From contig CAXULY010000008.1 of the NCBI GenBank assembly GCA_964252075.1, positions 96,001 to 160,000 on the forward strand: DNA of 64,000 bases, written 5' to 3'. The DNA comes from an uncultured Deinococcaceae bacterium (GTDB lineage Bacteria; Deinococcota; Deinococci; Deinococcales; Deinococcaceae). Below, piece after piece: positions 42,144 to 53,580 of the stretch (position 1 is the first letter of the stretch; each line of letters starts with the position of its first letter). The translations under genes were made by a program, and so were the position numbers. Below the pieces are notes generated by a model that worked only from the letters and a program-made list of their open reading frames with translations, had not been told where the DNA came from and did not search any database.

Positions 42144-42671
<528 letters not shown>

Positions 42672-42672
42672 C

Positions 42673-43554
42673 CTACAGCGCGCGGCGCAGGAAGTCCCGC
42701 ACGACCGTCAGGTACGCTTCCGGCTCCTCCACGAACGGCATGTGGCCGCTGCGCTCGAAGATGTGCAGCTCACCTTTCGGGGCGCGCTGTGCGGTGAGTT
42801 CGGCCGCTTCGGGCGGGCACGTGCGGTCGTGGCGTCCCGCGAGGGCCAGCAGCGGCTGCGGGACGCCGCCCAGCTGGTCCTCCACCTCGATGCCGCCGTA
42901 CGCCTCCTGCGCGAAGTGCCGCAGCACCTCCGGGGAGAGCCGCCCGCCCGCGCTGCGGCGCTCGTACTCCGGGATGCGCGGGTCCTGCGGGTCCGCGAAG
43001 TGCCACGGCCACTGCTCGGCCATCAGCGCCGCGAAGTCCGCCTCGCTGCTGACCTGCGCCTCCCGCGCCCACGACCTGCGCACCTGCTCGCGCAGCTCAG
43101 GCGGCTCGAAGGCCTCCAGGCGCGCGGGGACGCCCTCCATCCAGCGGCTGGAGGGCACGCCGCAACTCGCGATGGTGGCCGCCGCCGCGCCCGGGAACCG
43201 CACCGCCTGCTGCAGCGCCACGAAGGCGCCGTAGGAGTGCCCGAGGACCGCGTACCGCGGTTCGTTCAGCGCCGCGGCGAGCGCGCCCACGTCGGCGGCC
43301 ATCTGGTCGAGCGTCCAGGTGTCCTGAGGGGCGTGCGGGTCGCTGCGGCCCTGCGCGCGCTGGTCCACCAGCAGCAGGCGCACGGTGTCCGTCAGCGGGT
43401 CAAGGTAATCGGCGAACTCGTGGTGGTCGAGGCCCGGCCCGCCGTGCAGCACGAACAGCGGCGGGAGGTGCGCGGGCCCCCGCTCGTCCACGAAGAGGTG
43501 CGTGCCGGCGGCCGCGACGGATCGGGCGTGGGGATGCGTCATGCCGTCCGTCAT
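42673..43554 (-). CDS. Alpha/beta hydrolase (proline iminopeptidase-like)
   Basis: LHGGPG, DQRAQGRS, GHSYG, GRHD, SGHMPFVEEP; start could be 43542. Confidence 0.9.
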   Translation of the reverse strand: MTDGMTHPHARSVAAAGTHLFVDERGPAHLPPLFVLHGGPGLDHHEFADYLDPLTDTVRLLLVDQRAQGRSDPHAPQDTWTLDQMAADVGALAAALNEPRYAVLGHSYGAFVALQQAVRFPGAAAATIASCGVPSSRWMEGVPARLEAFEPPELREQVRRSWAREAQVSSEADFAALMAEQWPWHFADPQDPRIPEYERRSAGGRLSPEVLRHFAQEAYGGIEVEDQLGGVPQPLLALAGRHDRTCPPEAAELTAQRAPKGELHIFERSGHMPFVEEPEAYLTVVRDFLRRAL

Positions 43555-43588
43555 GACACGCGGCGCGCCCTCACAACTGGGTGTTCCC

Positions 43589-44524
43589 TCACGCCCAGGC
43601 GCGCACGACCCGCAGGTGCTCGCCGTCGCCGTCCACCACCGCCAGCAGGCGGCCCGCGTGGCGCACCGTGAAGCGGCCCTGCGCGCCGCTCGGGGGGCGT
43701 TTTCCCTGAAGCAGCGTGCGGGCCAGCGCGTCGTCCGCCTCCATCACGGGGAAGGGCAGCGTGTCGAGGTCCGGCAGGGGCGCCGCGCCGGGCAGGTCCT
43801 CCCACGGCCCGGCGTCCTGCAGCCCGAAGCGCCCCACGCGCGTGCGGACGAGGCCCGACAGGTGCGCGGGCACGCCGAGCGCCGCGCCGAGGTCGCGCGC
43901 CAGCGACCGCAGGTACGTGCCGCTCCCCACTCGCGCCCACAGCAGCGCGGTGGGGTGCGCGCCGAGCGGCGCGGGCAAGTCGAAGGTCCGTCCATCCTCA
44001 GCGGCGTGCCAGCGCCCCTCCGCATCCGGCGCGAAGGTGCGGGGCGCGTCCTGCACGCGCCCATACACGCCCAGCAGGTCCAGCTCGTGGACCGTCACCG
44101 CGCGCTCGGGCATGTCCAGGCTGCCGCCCCGGCGCGCCACGTCATACGCGCGCACGCCCCCCACCTGCAGGGCACTGAACTGCGGTGGAATCTGCCCGTA
44201 CGCGCCGCGCAGGCCCGCCAGCGCCGCGCGCACCCGCTGCGGGTCCAGGTCCGTCACCTCCTGCTCGTCCGTCACGGGCCCCTCGGCGTCCAGGGTGGCG
44301 GTCGCCGCGCCGAAACCCACCCACGCGAGGTAATCCTTGCTGTCGGGCTCCAGGAACTGCACGAGCTTGGTGCTGTCGTCCACGCACAGCACCAGCACGC
44401 CCGTCGCGAGCGGGTCGAGGGTGCCGGTGTGGCCCACGCGGCGCGTGCCCAGCACCCGCCGGGCGCGCGCCACCACGTCGTGCGAGGTGAGCCCAAGGGG
44501 CTTGTCGGTGGCGTACACGGGCAT
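43589..44524 (-). CDS. truB: tRNA pseudouridine(55) synthase TruB
   Basis: DKPLGLTSHDVV, VGHTGTLDPLATGVL, QIPPQFSA, SGTYLRSLARDLG. Confidence 0.96.
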   Translation of the reverse strand: MPVYATDKPLGLTSHDVVARARRVLGTRRVGHTGTLDPLATGVLVLCVDDSTKLVQFLEPDSKDYLAWVGFGAATATLDAEGPVTDEQEVTDLDPQRVRAALAGLRGAYGQIPPQFSALQVGGVRAYDVARRGGSLDMPERAVTVHELDLLGVYGRVQDAPRTFAPDAEGRWHAAEDGRTFDLPAPLGAHPTALLWARVGSGTYLRSLARDLGAALGVPAHLSGLVRTRVGRFGLQDAGPWEDLPGAAPLPDLDTLPFPVMEADDALARTLLQGKRPPSGAQGRFTVRHAGRLLAVVDGDGEHLRVVRAWA

Positions 44525-44606
44525 GGGGGAGAGCCTAGCAAAGCGCCGCCCGGTCCGCGCGCTTCGGGAGGCGCGACGCGGCGCGCCGCCTCACGCCTTA
44601 TAGACT

Positions 44607-44984
44607 GTGCCGGTGATTCGCCTCGCGTTCTGGCTCAGTGGCCTCTTTTACCTGCTCACCGGGCTGGTCTTCTACCTCTTCCCGGTGCTGGGCCTCGGCG
44701 GCCTGCTGGTGGTGAGCCCCGTGTGGGTGGGTCGCCTCGCGGGCGCCGTGCTGATCGCCTGGGCGCTGCAACTCTTCATCGCGTCGGCGCGCCCCAACGG
44801 CTTCGCGGTGGCGGGCCTCGTCGCCGCGAACCTGCTGGTGGCCGCCACGCTCGTGCCCGCCACGCTGCGCGGCCTGAGTGGCCTGCCGGGCGCCCTGCAG
44901 GCGGTGCCGCTCACGGTGTGCGCGGTGCTGGTGCTGCTCGCGGTGCTGGCCCTGGTGCTGCCCCGCACGGAAAGGCGGTACTGA
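44607..44984 (+). CDS. Hypothetical 4-TM membrane protein
   Basis: Four hydrophobic segments; stop directly abuts the ATG of the next gene; true start may be GTG 44613 (6 nt after TAGACT). Confidence 0.75.
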   Translation: MPVIRLAFWLSGLFYLLTGLVFYLFPVLGLGGLLVVSPVWVGRLAGAVLIAWALQLFIASARPNGFAVAGLVAANLLVAATLVPATLRGLSGLPGALQAVPLTVCAVLVLLAVLALVLPRTERRY

Positions 44985-45746
44985 ATGGCGGAACGACTGC
45001 AGAAGGTCCTGGCGCGCGCGGGCGTCGCCTCGCGCCGCGCGGCGGAAGAGCTCATCCGCGCGGGGCGCGTCACCGTGAACGGGCAGCCCGCGTCGCTCGG
45101 CATGAGCGTGCAGGACACCGACGACCTCCGCCTGGATGGGCAGCCCGTCGCGCAGCGCCCGGAGGCCGTCACGTACGCGCTGTACAAGCCGCGCGGCTTC
45201 GTCACGACGGCGCGCGACGACCGCGGGCGGCCCACCGTGCTGGACGCCATGCCGAAGGTGCCGGGCCTGCACCCGGTCGGGCGCCTGGACTACGACAGCG
45301 AGGGCCTGCTGCTGCTCACCACGGACGGTGAACTCACCCTGACCCTCACGCACCCCCGCTACGGGCACGAGAAGGTGTACCGCGCCTGGACGCAGGGCGA
45401 GCCGCCCGAGGAGGCGCTCACCGCGCTGCGCCAGGGCATTGAGCTGGAGGACGGCTTCACCGCGCCCGCGCAGGTGGAGTGGGCGCCGGGCGGCGTGTAC
45501 GTCACCATCCGTGAGGGCAAGAACCGGCAGGTGCGGCGCATGCTGCACGCCGTCGGGTACCCCGTGACGCGCCTCGTGCGGGTCCGGGTGGGCGGCGCGT
45601 GGCTCGGTGACCTGGAGCCCGGGGAGTTCCGCACGCTGGATGACGCGGAACTCGAGGCGCTGTTGCACCAGGACCGTGTGCCGCGCGCCGGGTGGTTGCG
45701 CGCCGAGGAGGACATGCACGAACGCTGGGACCGCGAGCTGACCTGA
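44985..45746 (+). CDS. rRNA pseudouridine synthase, RsuA/RluB family
   Basis: S4 domain ERLQKVLARAGVASRR, YKPRG, PVGRLDYDSEGLLLLT, EGKNRQVRRM. Confidence 0.95.
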   Translation: MAERLQKVLARAGVASRRAAEELIRAGRVTVNGQPASLGMSVQDTDDLRLDGQPVAQRPEAVTYALYKPRGFVTTARDDRGRPTVLDAMPKVPGLHPVGRLDYDSEGLLLLTTDGELTLTLTHPRYGHEKVYRAWTQGEPPEEALTALRQGIELEDGFTAPAQVEWAPGGVYVTIREGKNRQVRRMLHAVGYPVTRLVRVRVGGAWLGDLEPGEFRTLDDAELEALLHQDRVPRAGWLRAEEDMHERWDRELT

Positions 45747-45825
45747 GGCGCGCCCCACCGCCGCCCAGCTCCTGTGTCTTTCGGTGGTGCGTCCGCACGG
45801 AACGGATTCGCGGTCTATAATCCCC

Positions 45826-46253
<428 letters not shown>

Positions 46254-46256
46254 ACC

Positions 46257-46278
46257 AGCGCCCCACCGGGGCGCTTTT
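46257..46278 (+). terminator. rnpB intrinsic terminator
   Basis: AGCGCCCC-ACC-GGGGCGCT followed by TTT. Confidence 0.8.
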
Positions 46279-46334
46279 GCGTGTGCGGTGGGGGCGCGTG
46301 GGGAAATCCCCACGCGCCCCCACCCGGACTGCGC

Positions 46335-46718
46335 CTACCGTCTGCGGGCGTCCCAGGCGGCGAGGCCCCAGCCGACCAGTTGCAGCACCCCGCCGACGGG
46401 CGTGACGGCGCCCCACCACTTGGTGCCCGTAAGGGACAGCACGTACAGGCTGCCGGAGAAGATGAGCGTACCCGCCAGCAGGAAGGCGGGCGCGCGCCGC
46501 TGGCCGGGCAGCAGGGCGAGGCCCAGCAGGCCGAGCCCGTGGTACATCTGGTAGCGCACGCCCGTCTCGAAGTTCGCGAGCATGTCGGGCGTCAGCGTGC
46601 TCTTGAGGGCGTGCGCGCCGAAGGCGCCGAGCGCCACCCCCGTGCCTGCCAGCAGCGCGCCCGTCTGCGCGACGTTCAGGCCGCGGGTTTTTGCCGTCTC
46701 AGCCGTGATCTGGGTCAT
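46335..46718 (-). CDS. DUF423 (YgdD/TMEM256) family membrane protein
   Basis: GAFGAHALK, FETGVRYQMYH, FSGSLY, GAVTPVGG. Confidence 0.92.
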   Translation of the reverse strand: MTQITAETAKTRGLNVAQTGALLAGTGVALGAFGAHALKSTLTPDMLANFETGVRYQMYHGLGLLGLALLPGQRRAPAFLLAGTLIFSGSLYVLSLTGTKWWGAVTPVGGVLQLVGWGLAAWDARRR

Positions 46719-46740
46719 GTCCTGAGTGTAATGCGTGCGG

Positions 46741-46930
46741 GTGGGGACAAAGGTGCCGGGAAGGGCCCTGGTGGGGAAAGTGGGCGCCCGGTGGGGGAAC
46801 TGGGGGGAATCGTGGGATTTGGTGGTAAATGGTGGGGGCCTGTGTTACGCTTCACGCAACGGATTTATGCCGTTGCACGGCAGCCCCACCACCCATTCGG
46901 CCTGAGGGCCGGAGGTGGGGGGCGGTGGGG
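46741..46930 (+). promoter_or_regulatory. mraZ promoter with arrayed (G)TGGG MraZ-binding repeats
   Basis: TGGG/TGGT units at 46772, 46781, 46792, 46801, 46813, 46823, 46833 (about 10-bp period), TACGCT -10 at 46846, two more GTGGG at 46915 and 46925. Confidence 0.75.
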
Positions 46931-46941
46931 AAAGAGGAAGG

Positions 46942-48612
<1,671 letters not shown>

Positions 48613-48622
<10 letters not shown>

Positions 48623-49941
48623 AGATCCGCAACCGTTCGCGCCTGATGCAGGTCCTGGCGCTGGGCTTCTTCCTGTTCCTGGTGTACGCCTACGCGCAGC
48701 TGGGCTGGCACATGCCGCAGGGGCTGAAGGCCGCCGCGATCCGCGACCGCGGCTCCATCGTGACGCAGAGCGGCATGGTGCTGGCGAAGACGGTGGACGC
48801 GCAGCGCCAGTACCCGCAGGGCACGCTGGCGGGGCAATTGGTCGGCATGATGGGCACCGACAGCGGCCTGGAGGGCCTGGAGCACGCGTACGACGACCGC
48901 CTCGCGCACGGTCAGAACGTGACCCTCACCATCGACCCGACGGTGCAGGCGGCGGCGGAAGCGGTGCTGGCGCGCGAGGTGAAAGCCAAGCAGGGCGATT
49001 ACGGAGAGGTGGTGGCGCTCCAGGTGAAGACCGGGCGCGTGCTGGCCGCCGCGAGCTACCCCCCCTTCGACCCCAGCCAGTGGCGCGCGTCACGCGCCTC
49101 GGACCGCCGCAACCGCCCGTTCCTGGACGTCTTCGAGCCGGGGTCGGTCATCAAAGGGCTCGTGGTGGCGGCCGCCGTGAATGATGGCGTCACCACGCCG
49201 GACACCACGTACGACACCCCCATGGCGCGGCGCGTGGGGCAGCGCTGGGGCAGCGTCATTCACGACGCGGTGCCGCACGGCCCGCGCCTCACCACGCGCG
49301 ACATCTTGCGGTACTCCAGCAACGTCGGCATGAGCCACATCGTGGAGGGCTTCTCGTACGACCGCCTGTACCACTACATGCAGCAGTACGGCTTCGGGCG
49401 GGAAGTGGAGGTCCCCTCGATGTCCGCCGAGGTGGGGCAGCTGCAGCCCATCAAGCGCTGGAACGACCTCGTGCGCGCCACGAATGCCTTCGGTCAGGGC
49501 ATGTCCGTCACGCTGCTGCAGCTCGCGGCGGCGTACAACACCCTCGCGAACGACGGCATGTACCTCGCGCCGCAACTCGTGGCGGACGAACCGCAGGGCG
49601 AGGGTCGCCGCGTGCTGTCGCCGGACGCCGCGCGTTCGGTGCGGTCCATGCTGCGGTCCGCAGTGGACAACCAAATCGCGCACGCGGCGGGCATCAAGGG
49701 GTACAGCATGGCGGGCAAGACCGGCACCGCTCAGGTGGTGGTGGACGGGCGGTACAGCAACTCCGTGTACGACAGCACCTTCGCGGGGTTCTTCCCAGCC
49801 GAGCAACCGCTCGTGACGCTGGTCGTCATGGTGCACGGCGCAAAAGAGTCGTATCACGGTTCGATGCTGGCGGCGCCGATCTACCGTGATGTCGCGGCGG
49901 AAATCCTGTCCGAATGGGGTCTTCCCCCCCAAGGTGAGTAG
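48613..49941 (+). CDS. ftsI: Class B penicillin-binding protein (FtsI-like)
   Basis: RGSI, EPGSVIK (SxxK), YSSN (SxN), GKTGTAQ; position in the mraZ operon. Confidence 0.9.
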
Positions 49942-49993
49942 TTTGTGAGCGCACTGGCGCTCTAGCTCATGTGAAAACCGTCAAGACCTGTCG

Positions 49994-50017
49994 TGGGCAC
50001 CTCAGAAGGGGTGCCCA
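49994..50017 (+). terminator. Hairpin downstream of ftsI (probable terminator)
   Basis: TGGGCACCTC-AGAA-GGGGTGCCCA; no clear U-tract. Confidence 0.5.
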
Positions 50018-50250
50018 TGCACGTTTATGGGCTATAAGAGGCGCCCTGGAGCTCCACCATAAAGGAATGTCAGGCTGGTTCTGACAAATCCAATGAGAAA
50101 CTAAATGAAGTGATGAGAAGACTTCTCATGGAAATCTACAGCGGCTAACACATTGTATTAGGCCAATTTCGTGACAAAGACAACCATCTCTTCTGGCCTT
50201 AAATGAGGTAGAAACGCTAGATTTCTTAGAAATCACACATCAGGCGTCTT

Positions 50251-50395
50251 TAGCCTAAGTGCAGTTCCGCTGCGCACCGCAGCTCCTGGACTCAGTCGCC
50301 AACACGCGGCACAGCCACCATAACTGGAAGCTGCAAAGTCCAAAATCCACTGTACCTGAAGGGCCCCGCAACCCGCGGAGGCTCATGGAGTGTTG
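50251..50395 (+). promoter_or_regulatory. Putative -10 box and structured 5' leader of the 3D-domain gene
   Basis: TAGCCT at 50251-50256, followed by complementary segments that could form a pseudoknot (see findings). Confidence 0.45.
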
Positions 50396-51115
50396 ATGCC
50401 CGATTGGAAACACCTTCGCCGTTCACCCCTGCTGCCCCTGGCGGCCCTGCTCGGCACCGCCCTCGCTGCCCCCGTCCTGCCCGGCAGCAACGTCGCCGAA
50501 AGCGCACTGAACAGCGCCCTCACCCTCCAGCCCACCGCGAGCGCTCCCGCCAGAGAGGCCGCGCCTGTAGTGGCCGCACCCGCGAAGGCCGCCGCGCCCT
50601 CTCCGGTCAAGGTGGCGCCCGCGAAGGTGATTGCCAAGGCGCCAGAGCCGAAACCCGCCCCCAAAAAGGCTGTGGTGAAGCCCGCACCGAAGCCGGCCGC
50701 CAAGCCCGCGAAGCCGAAGGCTGACAGCGCCGCCGAACTGCGCCAGAAGGCCATCCAGCAGGCCCAGCGTGCGGCGGCCGCACGTGGGGCGCGCAGCGCC
50801 ATCGTGCGCGCCACCGCGTACAACAGCCTGGGCGCGCAGACGGACTCCAGCCCCACCATCACCGCGACCGGCACCCGCGTGCGCTTCGGCGTGATCGCCC
50901 TGTCGCGCGACCTCCTGCGCCGCTTCCCGTACGGCACCAAGGTGATGCTGCAAGACATGAGCGGACGCTACAACACCATGCTGGACGGCAAGGTTTTCGT
51001 CGTGGAGGACACCATGCACCCGCGCATGAGCAACACCATTGACGTGTGGATGCCGTCGCGCGGGCAGGCCATGCAGTGGGGCGCCCGCAACGTGCGCATC
51101 ACCGCCGTGCGCTGA
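50396..51115 (+). CDS. 3D-domain cell-wall protein with Ala/Pro/Lys-rich linker, secreted
   Basis: Signal peptide, AKPAPK repeats, ATAYNSL..QTDSSPTITATG, IALSRDL, VEDTM, IDVWM. Confidence 0.9.
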   Translation: MPDWKHLRRSPLLPLAALLGTALAAPVLPGSNVAESALNSALTLQPTASAPAREAAPVVAAPAKAAAPSPVKVAPAKVIAKAPEPKPAPKKAVVKPAPKPAAKPAKPKADSAAELRQKAIQQAQRAAAARGARSAIVRATAYNSLGAQTDSSPTITATGTRVRFGVIALSRDLLRRFPYGTKVMLQDMSGRYNTMLDGKVFVVEDTMHPRMSNTIDVWMPSRGQAMQWGARNVRITAVR

Positions 51116-51133
51116 ACTGGCGCGCGAGGAACC

Positions 51134-51160
51134 GGAGGGGCGCCGCTGCGGCGCCCCTCC
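51134..51160 (+). terminator. Terminator-like hairpin after the 3D gene
   Basis: GGAGGGGCGCCG-CTG-CGGCGCCCCTCC. Confidence 0.65.
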
Positions 51161-51234
51161 TCGCATGCGTTACACTCTGCAACGACCGTGACGCGCCCTC
51201 CCTTCATCCTCGCTGACCGCGTGCGCGCCGCTTC

Positions 51235-52407
51235 ATGACGGGTGCCCCACGGCCGCTGGCCCTCACGCTGGGCCTCGCGCTGCTGCGCCGCCGCCGCAGC
51301 CAGAACGTCATCACGGTGCTGGGCATCGCGATCGGCGTGATGGTGCTCATCACGGCGCTCAGCCTGACGAACGGCTTCTCACAGTCCCTCATTGACGCGA
51401 CGCTGCGCGCCACGCCGCAACTCACGCTCACGAACTACCAGCTCGTGGCCCGCAACGCCGCGCTGGAGGCCGCCCTGCAGGGGAACCCCGCGGTGCAGGC
51501 CAGCGGGCCCTTCCTGGTGGACAAAGGCCTCCTGATTCGCCCCGCGTCCGGCTCGCGGGCGCCCGGGGTGGACTTCGCGACGCTGTTCGGCGTGCTGCCG
51601 CAGGAAGCGAAGGTACTGCAGCTCCGACCTGAGGAAGAAGCGCTGCTGGGCCGCCTCAAACCCGGCGAGGTGCTGCTCGGCAGCGCCCTCGCGCAGTCCG
51701 TCGGTGCCTTCACGGGCGACAGCGTGCGCCTCATCAATAGCGCGCAGCGGCGCAGCAGCCTGCGCGTCGCGGGGCTCTTCAACACCGGCAATTACCTGAT
51801 TGACAGTGGGTACGCCTTCGTGCGCCTAGAGACCCTGCAGCAACTGCAGGGCACGCAGGACATCGGCGGATACCACGTGCGCCTGCGCGACCCGCAGCAG
51901 GCCCCACAGGTCGGGAATCAGCTGGCCGCGCGGTTCGCAGTGAGCCCCCTGCCGTGGCAGCGCCTGAACGCCAGCCTGCTGGATCAGCTGGCCCTGCAGA
52001 AGCGCGTGATCAGCTTCGTGGTGTTCCTGATCGTGATTGTGGCGGCCTTCGGGATCGCGAACGTGCTGCTGCTGACCGTCTTCGAGAAAACGCCGGACAT
52101 CGCGATCCTGCGCGCCATCGGGGCGCGCACGCGCGACATCACACTCGCGTTCGTGCTGCAGGGCTTCACGCTGGGCGTGCTGGGCCTCCTCTTGGGGGAC
52201 CTGCTTGGCCTGGGCCTCAGCGTGTACTTCCAGGTTCGGCCCTTCCAGATTCCCGGTGACCTGTACTTCATCAGCGCGCTGCCCGTGGAGATTCATGTGA
52301 CGGACGTGCTGTGGGTGAACCTCGTGAGCCTCGCCACGACGCTCCTCGCGGCGCTGCTGCCCGCCCGCCGCGCCGCCGGCATCGAACCCGCCCGCATCAT
52401 CCGCTGA
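51235..52407 (+). CDS. LolC/E-type (MacB/FtsX) ABC permease
   Basis: GIAIGVMVLITALSLTNGF, IVAAFGIANVL..TVFEKTPDIAILRAIGA, LYFISALP, PARRAA. Confidence 0.88.
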   Translation: MTGAPRPLALTLGLALLRRRRSQNVITVLGIAIGVMVLITALSLTNGFSQSLIDATLRATPQLTLTNYQLVARNAALEAALQGNPAVQASGPFLVDKGLLIRPASGSRAPGVDFATLFGVLPQEAKVLQLRPEEEALLGRLKPGEVLLGSALAQSVGAFTGDSVRLINSAQRRSSLRVAGLFNTGNYLIDSGYAFVRLETLQQLQGTQDIGGYHVRLRDPQQAPQVGNQLAARFAVSPLPWQRLNASLLDQLALQKRVISFVVFLIVIVAAFGIANVLLLTVFEKTPDIAILRAIGARTRDITLAFVLQGFTLGVLGLLLGDLLGLGLSVYFQVRPFQIPGDLYFISALPVEIHVTDVLWVNLVSLATTLLAALLPARRAAGIEPARIIR

Positions 52408-52448
52408 GGGCGCCGGGCCGCGCGGTCCGGCGCCCTTCATCGCGCGCC

Positions 52449-53411
52449 TTACTGGAAGAGTGAGCTGACGCTCTCGCCCGTGTGAATGTGCTGGATGGCC
52501 GTCGCGAACAGCGGCGCGACGGACAGCACCTTCAGCTTGCCGTTCGACGCGTCAATCTTGTCCTGCGGCACCAGCACGGTGTTCGTGCTCGCCACCTGCA
52601 CCGCGTCCAGGTCGTGAATGCGCTCAATGGCCGGGCCAGTGTACACGCCGTGCGTGGCGGCCACGTGCACCTCCAGCGCGCCCATCTGCTTCGCGAAGTT
52701 CACGGCCTCCACCACGGAGCCCGCCGTGCTGATCTCGTCGTCCACGATGAAGACCTTCTTGCCGCTCACGTTGCCGATCAGGGCGCGCGGCTCCACCTTC
52801 AGGTCCGACACGCGCTGCTTGTCGATGAACGCGAGGCCGCAGTCCAGGCGGCGCGCGATGGCGCTCGCGCGCTTGATGCTGCCCGCGTCCGGCGCGAGCA
52901 CCACGCCGTCCTGCGCGTCCGGGACGGTCGCGCGGATGTGATCGGAGATCACCACGTCCGACGACAGGTGATCCACGGGAATCTTGAAGAAGCCGTGCAC
53001 CTGCGGGCTGTGCAGCGTCATGGTGAGCACGCGGTCCGCGCCCGCCGCCTGAATGAGGTCCGCGACGAGGCGCCCCGCGATGGAGATGCGTGGGGCGTCC
53101 TTCTTGTCGCTGCGCGCGTAACTGTAGTAGGGGATGACCGCCGTCACGCGCGCCGCGGAGGCACTCTTGGCGGCGTCGATCATCAGCAGCAGCTCCATGA
53201 TGGCGTCGCTGACGGGCGTGGAGAAGCTCTGCACGACGAACACGTCGCCCTCGCGCAGGGACTCCTCGTAGTGAACGATGATGTTGTCGTTCGTGAACTT
53301 CTCGGTGGTGCTGCGGCCCAGCCGGATGCCGAGGGCGCGGCAGATTTCTTCCGCCAGCGGCTTGTTGCTCTGCCCGGAAAACACCATCAACGGGCCACGG
53401 TTGATATTCAT
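52449..53411 (-). CDS. prs: Ribose-phosphate pyrophosphokinase
   Basis: [49 protein letters not shown] 8 nt before ATG 53411. Confidence 0.96.
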   Translation of the reverse strand: MNINRGPLMVFSGQSNKPLAEEICRALGIRLGRSTTEKFTNDNIIVHYEESLREGDVFVVQSFSTPVSDAIMELLLMIDAAKSASAARVTAVIPYYSYARSDKKDAPRISIAGRLVADLIQAAGADRVLTMTLHSPQVHGFFKIPVDHLSSDVVISDHIRATVPDAQDGVVLAPDAGSIKRASAIARRLDCGLAFIDKQRVSDLKVEPRALIGNVSGKKVFIVDDEISTAGSVVEAVNFAKQMGALEVHVAATHGVYTGPAIERIHDLDAVQVASTNTVLVPQDKIDASNGKLKVLSVAPLFATAIQHIHTGESVSSLFQ

Positions 53412-53524
53412 GCACGCGCAGCATATCAAGTGCCGTCGGACATTCGGCCCTGCGGGAGCGCTCATGCAGGCCACGAAGGGCTGAAGACCGCGGGCGCTCC
53501 AGCCGCCGCTTCTAGCCTGATGGC

Positions 53525-53553
53525 TTGCACCAGCCGCCCCGCAAACCTACGAT
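53525..53553 (+). promoter_or_regulatory. Sigma70-type promoter of the peptide ABC operon
   Basis: TTGCAC-17 nt-TACGAT; GGAGG RBS before ATG 53581. Confidence 0.65.
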
Positions 53554-53580
53554 GAAGGTCATTTCACGCTGGAGGTACGA

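Noticed and set aside
50260..50345. HDV-like ribozyme or c-di-AMP (ydaO) riboswitch as the identity of the 3D leader
   Set aside because: The helix order resembles HDV, but the L3 loop is far too long and P4 and the catalytic C junction are missing. The ydaO motifs (GCTGAATCC, GGGGTGAATC, CCCGTCAGCTAAC) are absent.
50560..50730. Short tandem-like repeats in the 3D gene
   Set aside because: They encode an ordinary Ala/Pro/Lys low-complexity linker and are not a DNA-level repeat array
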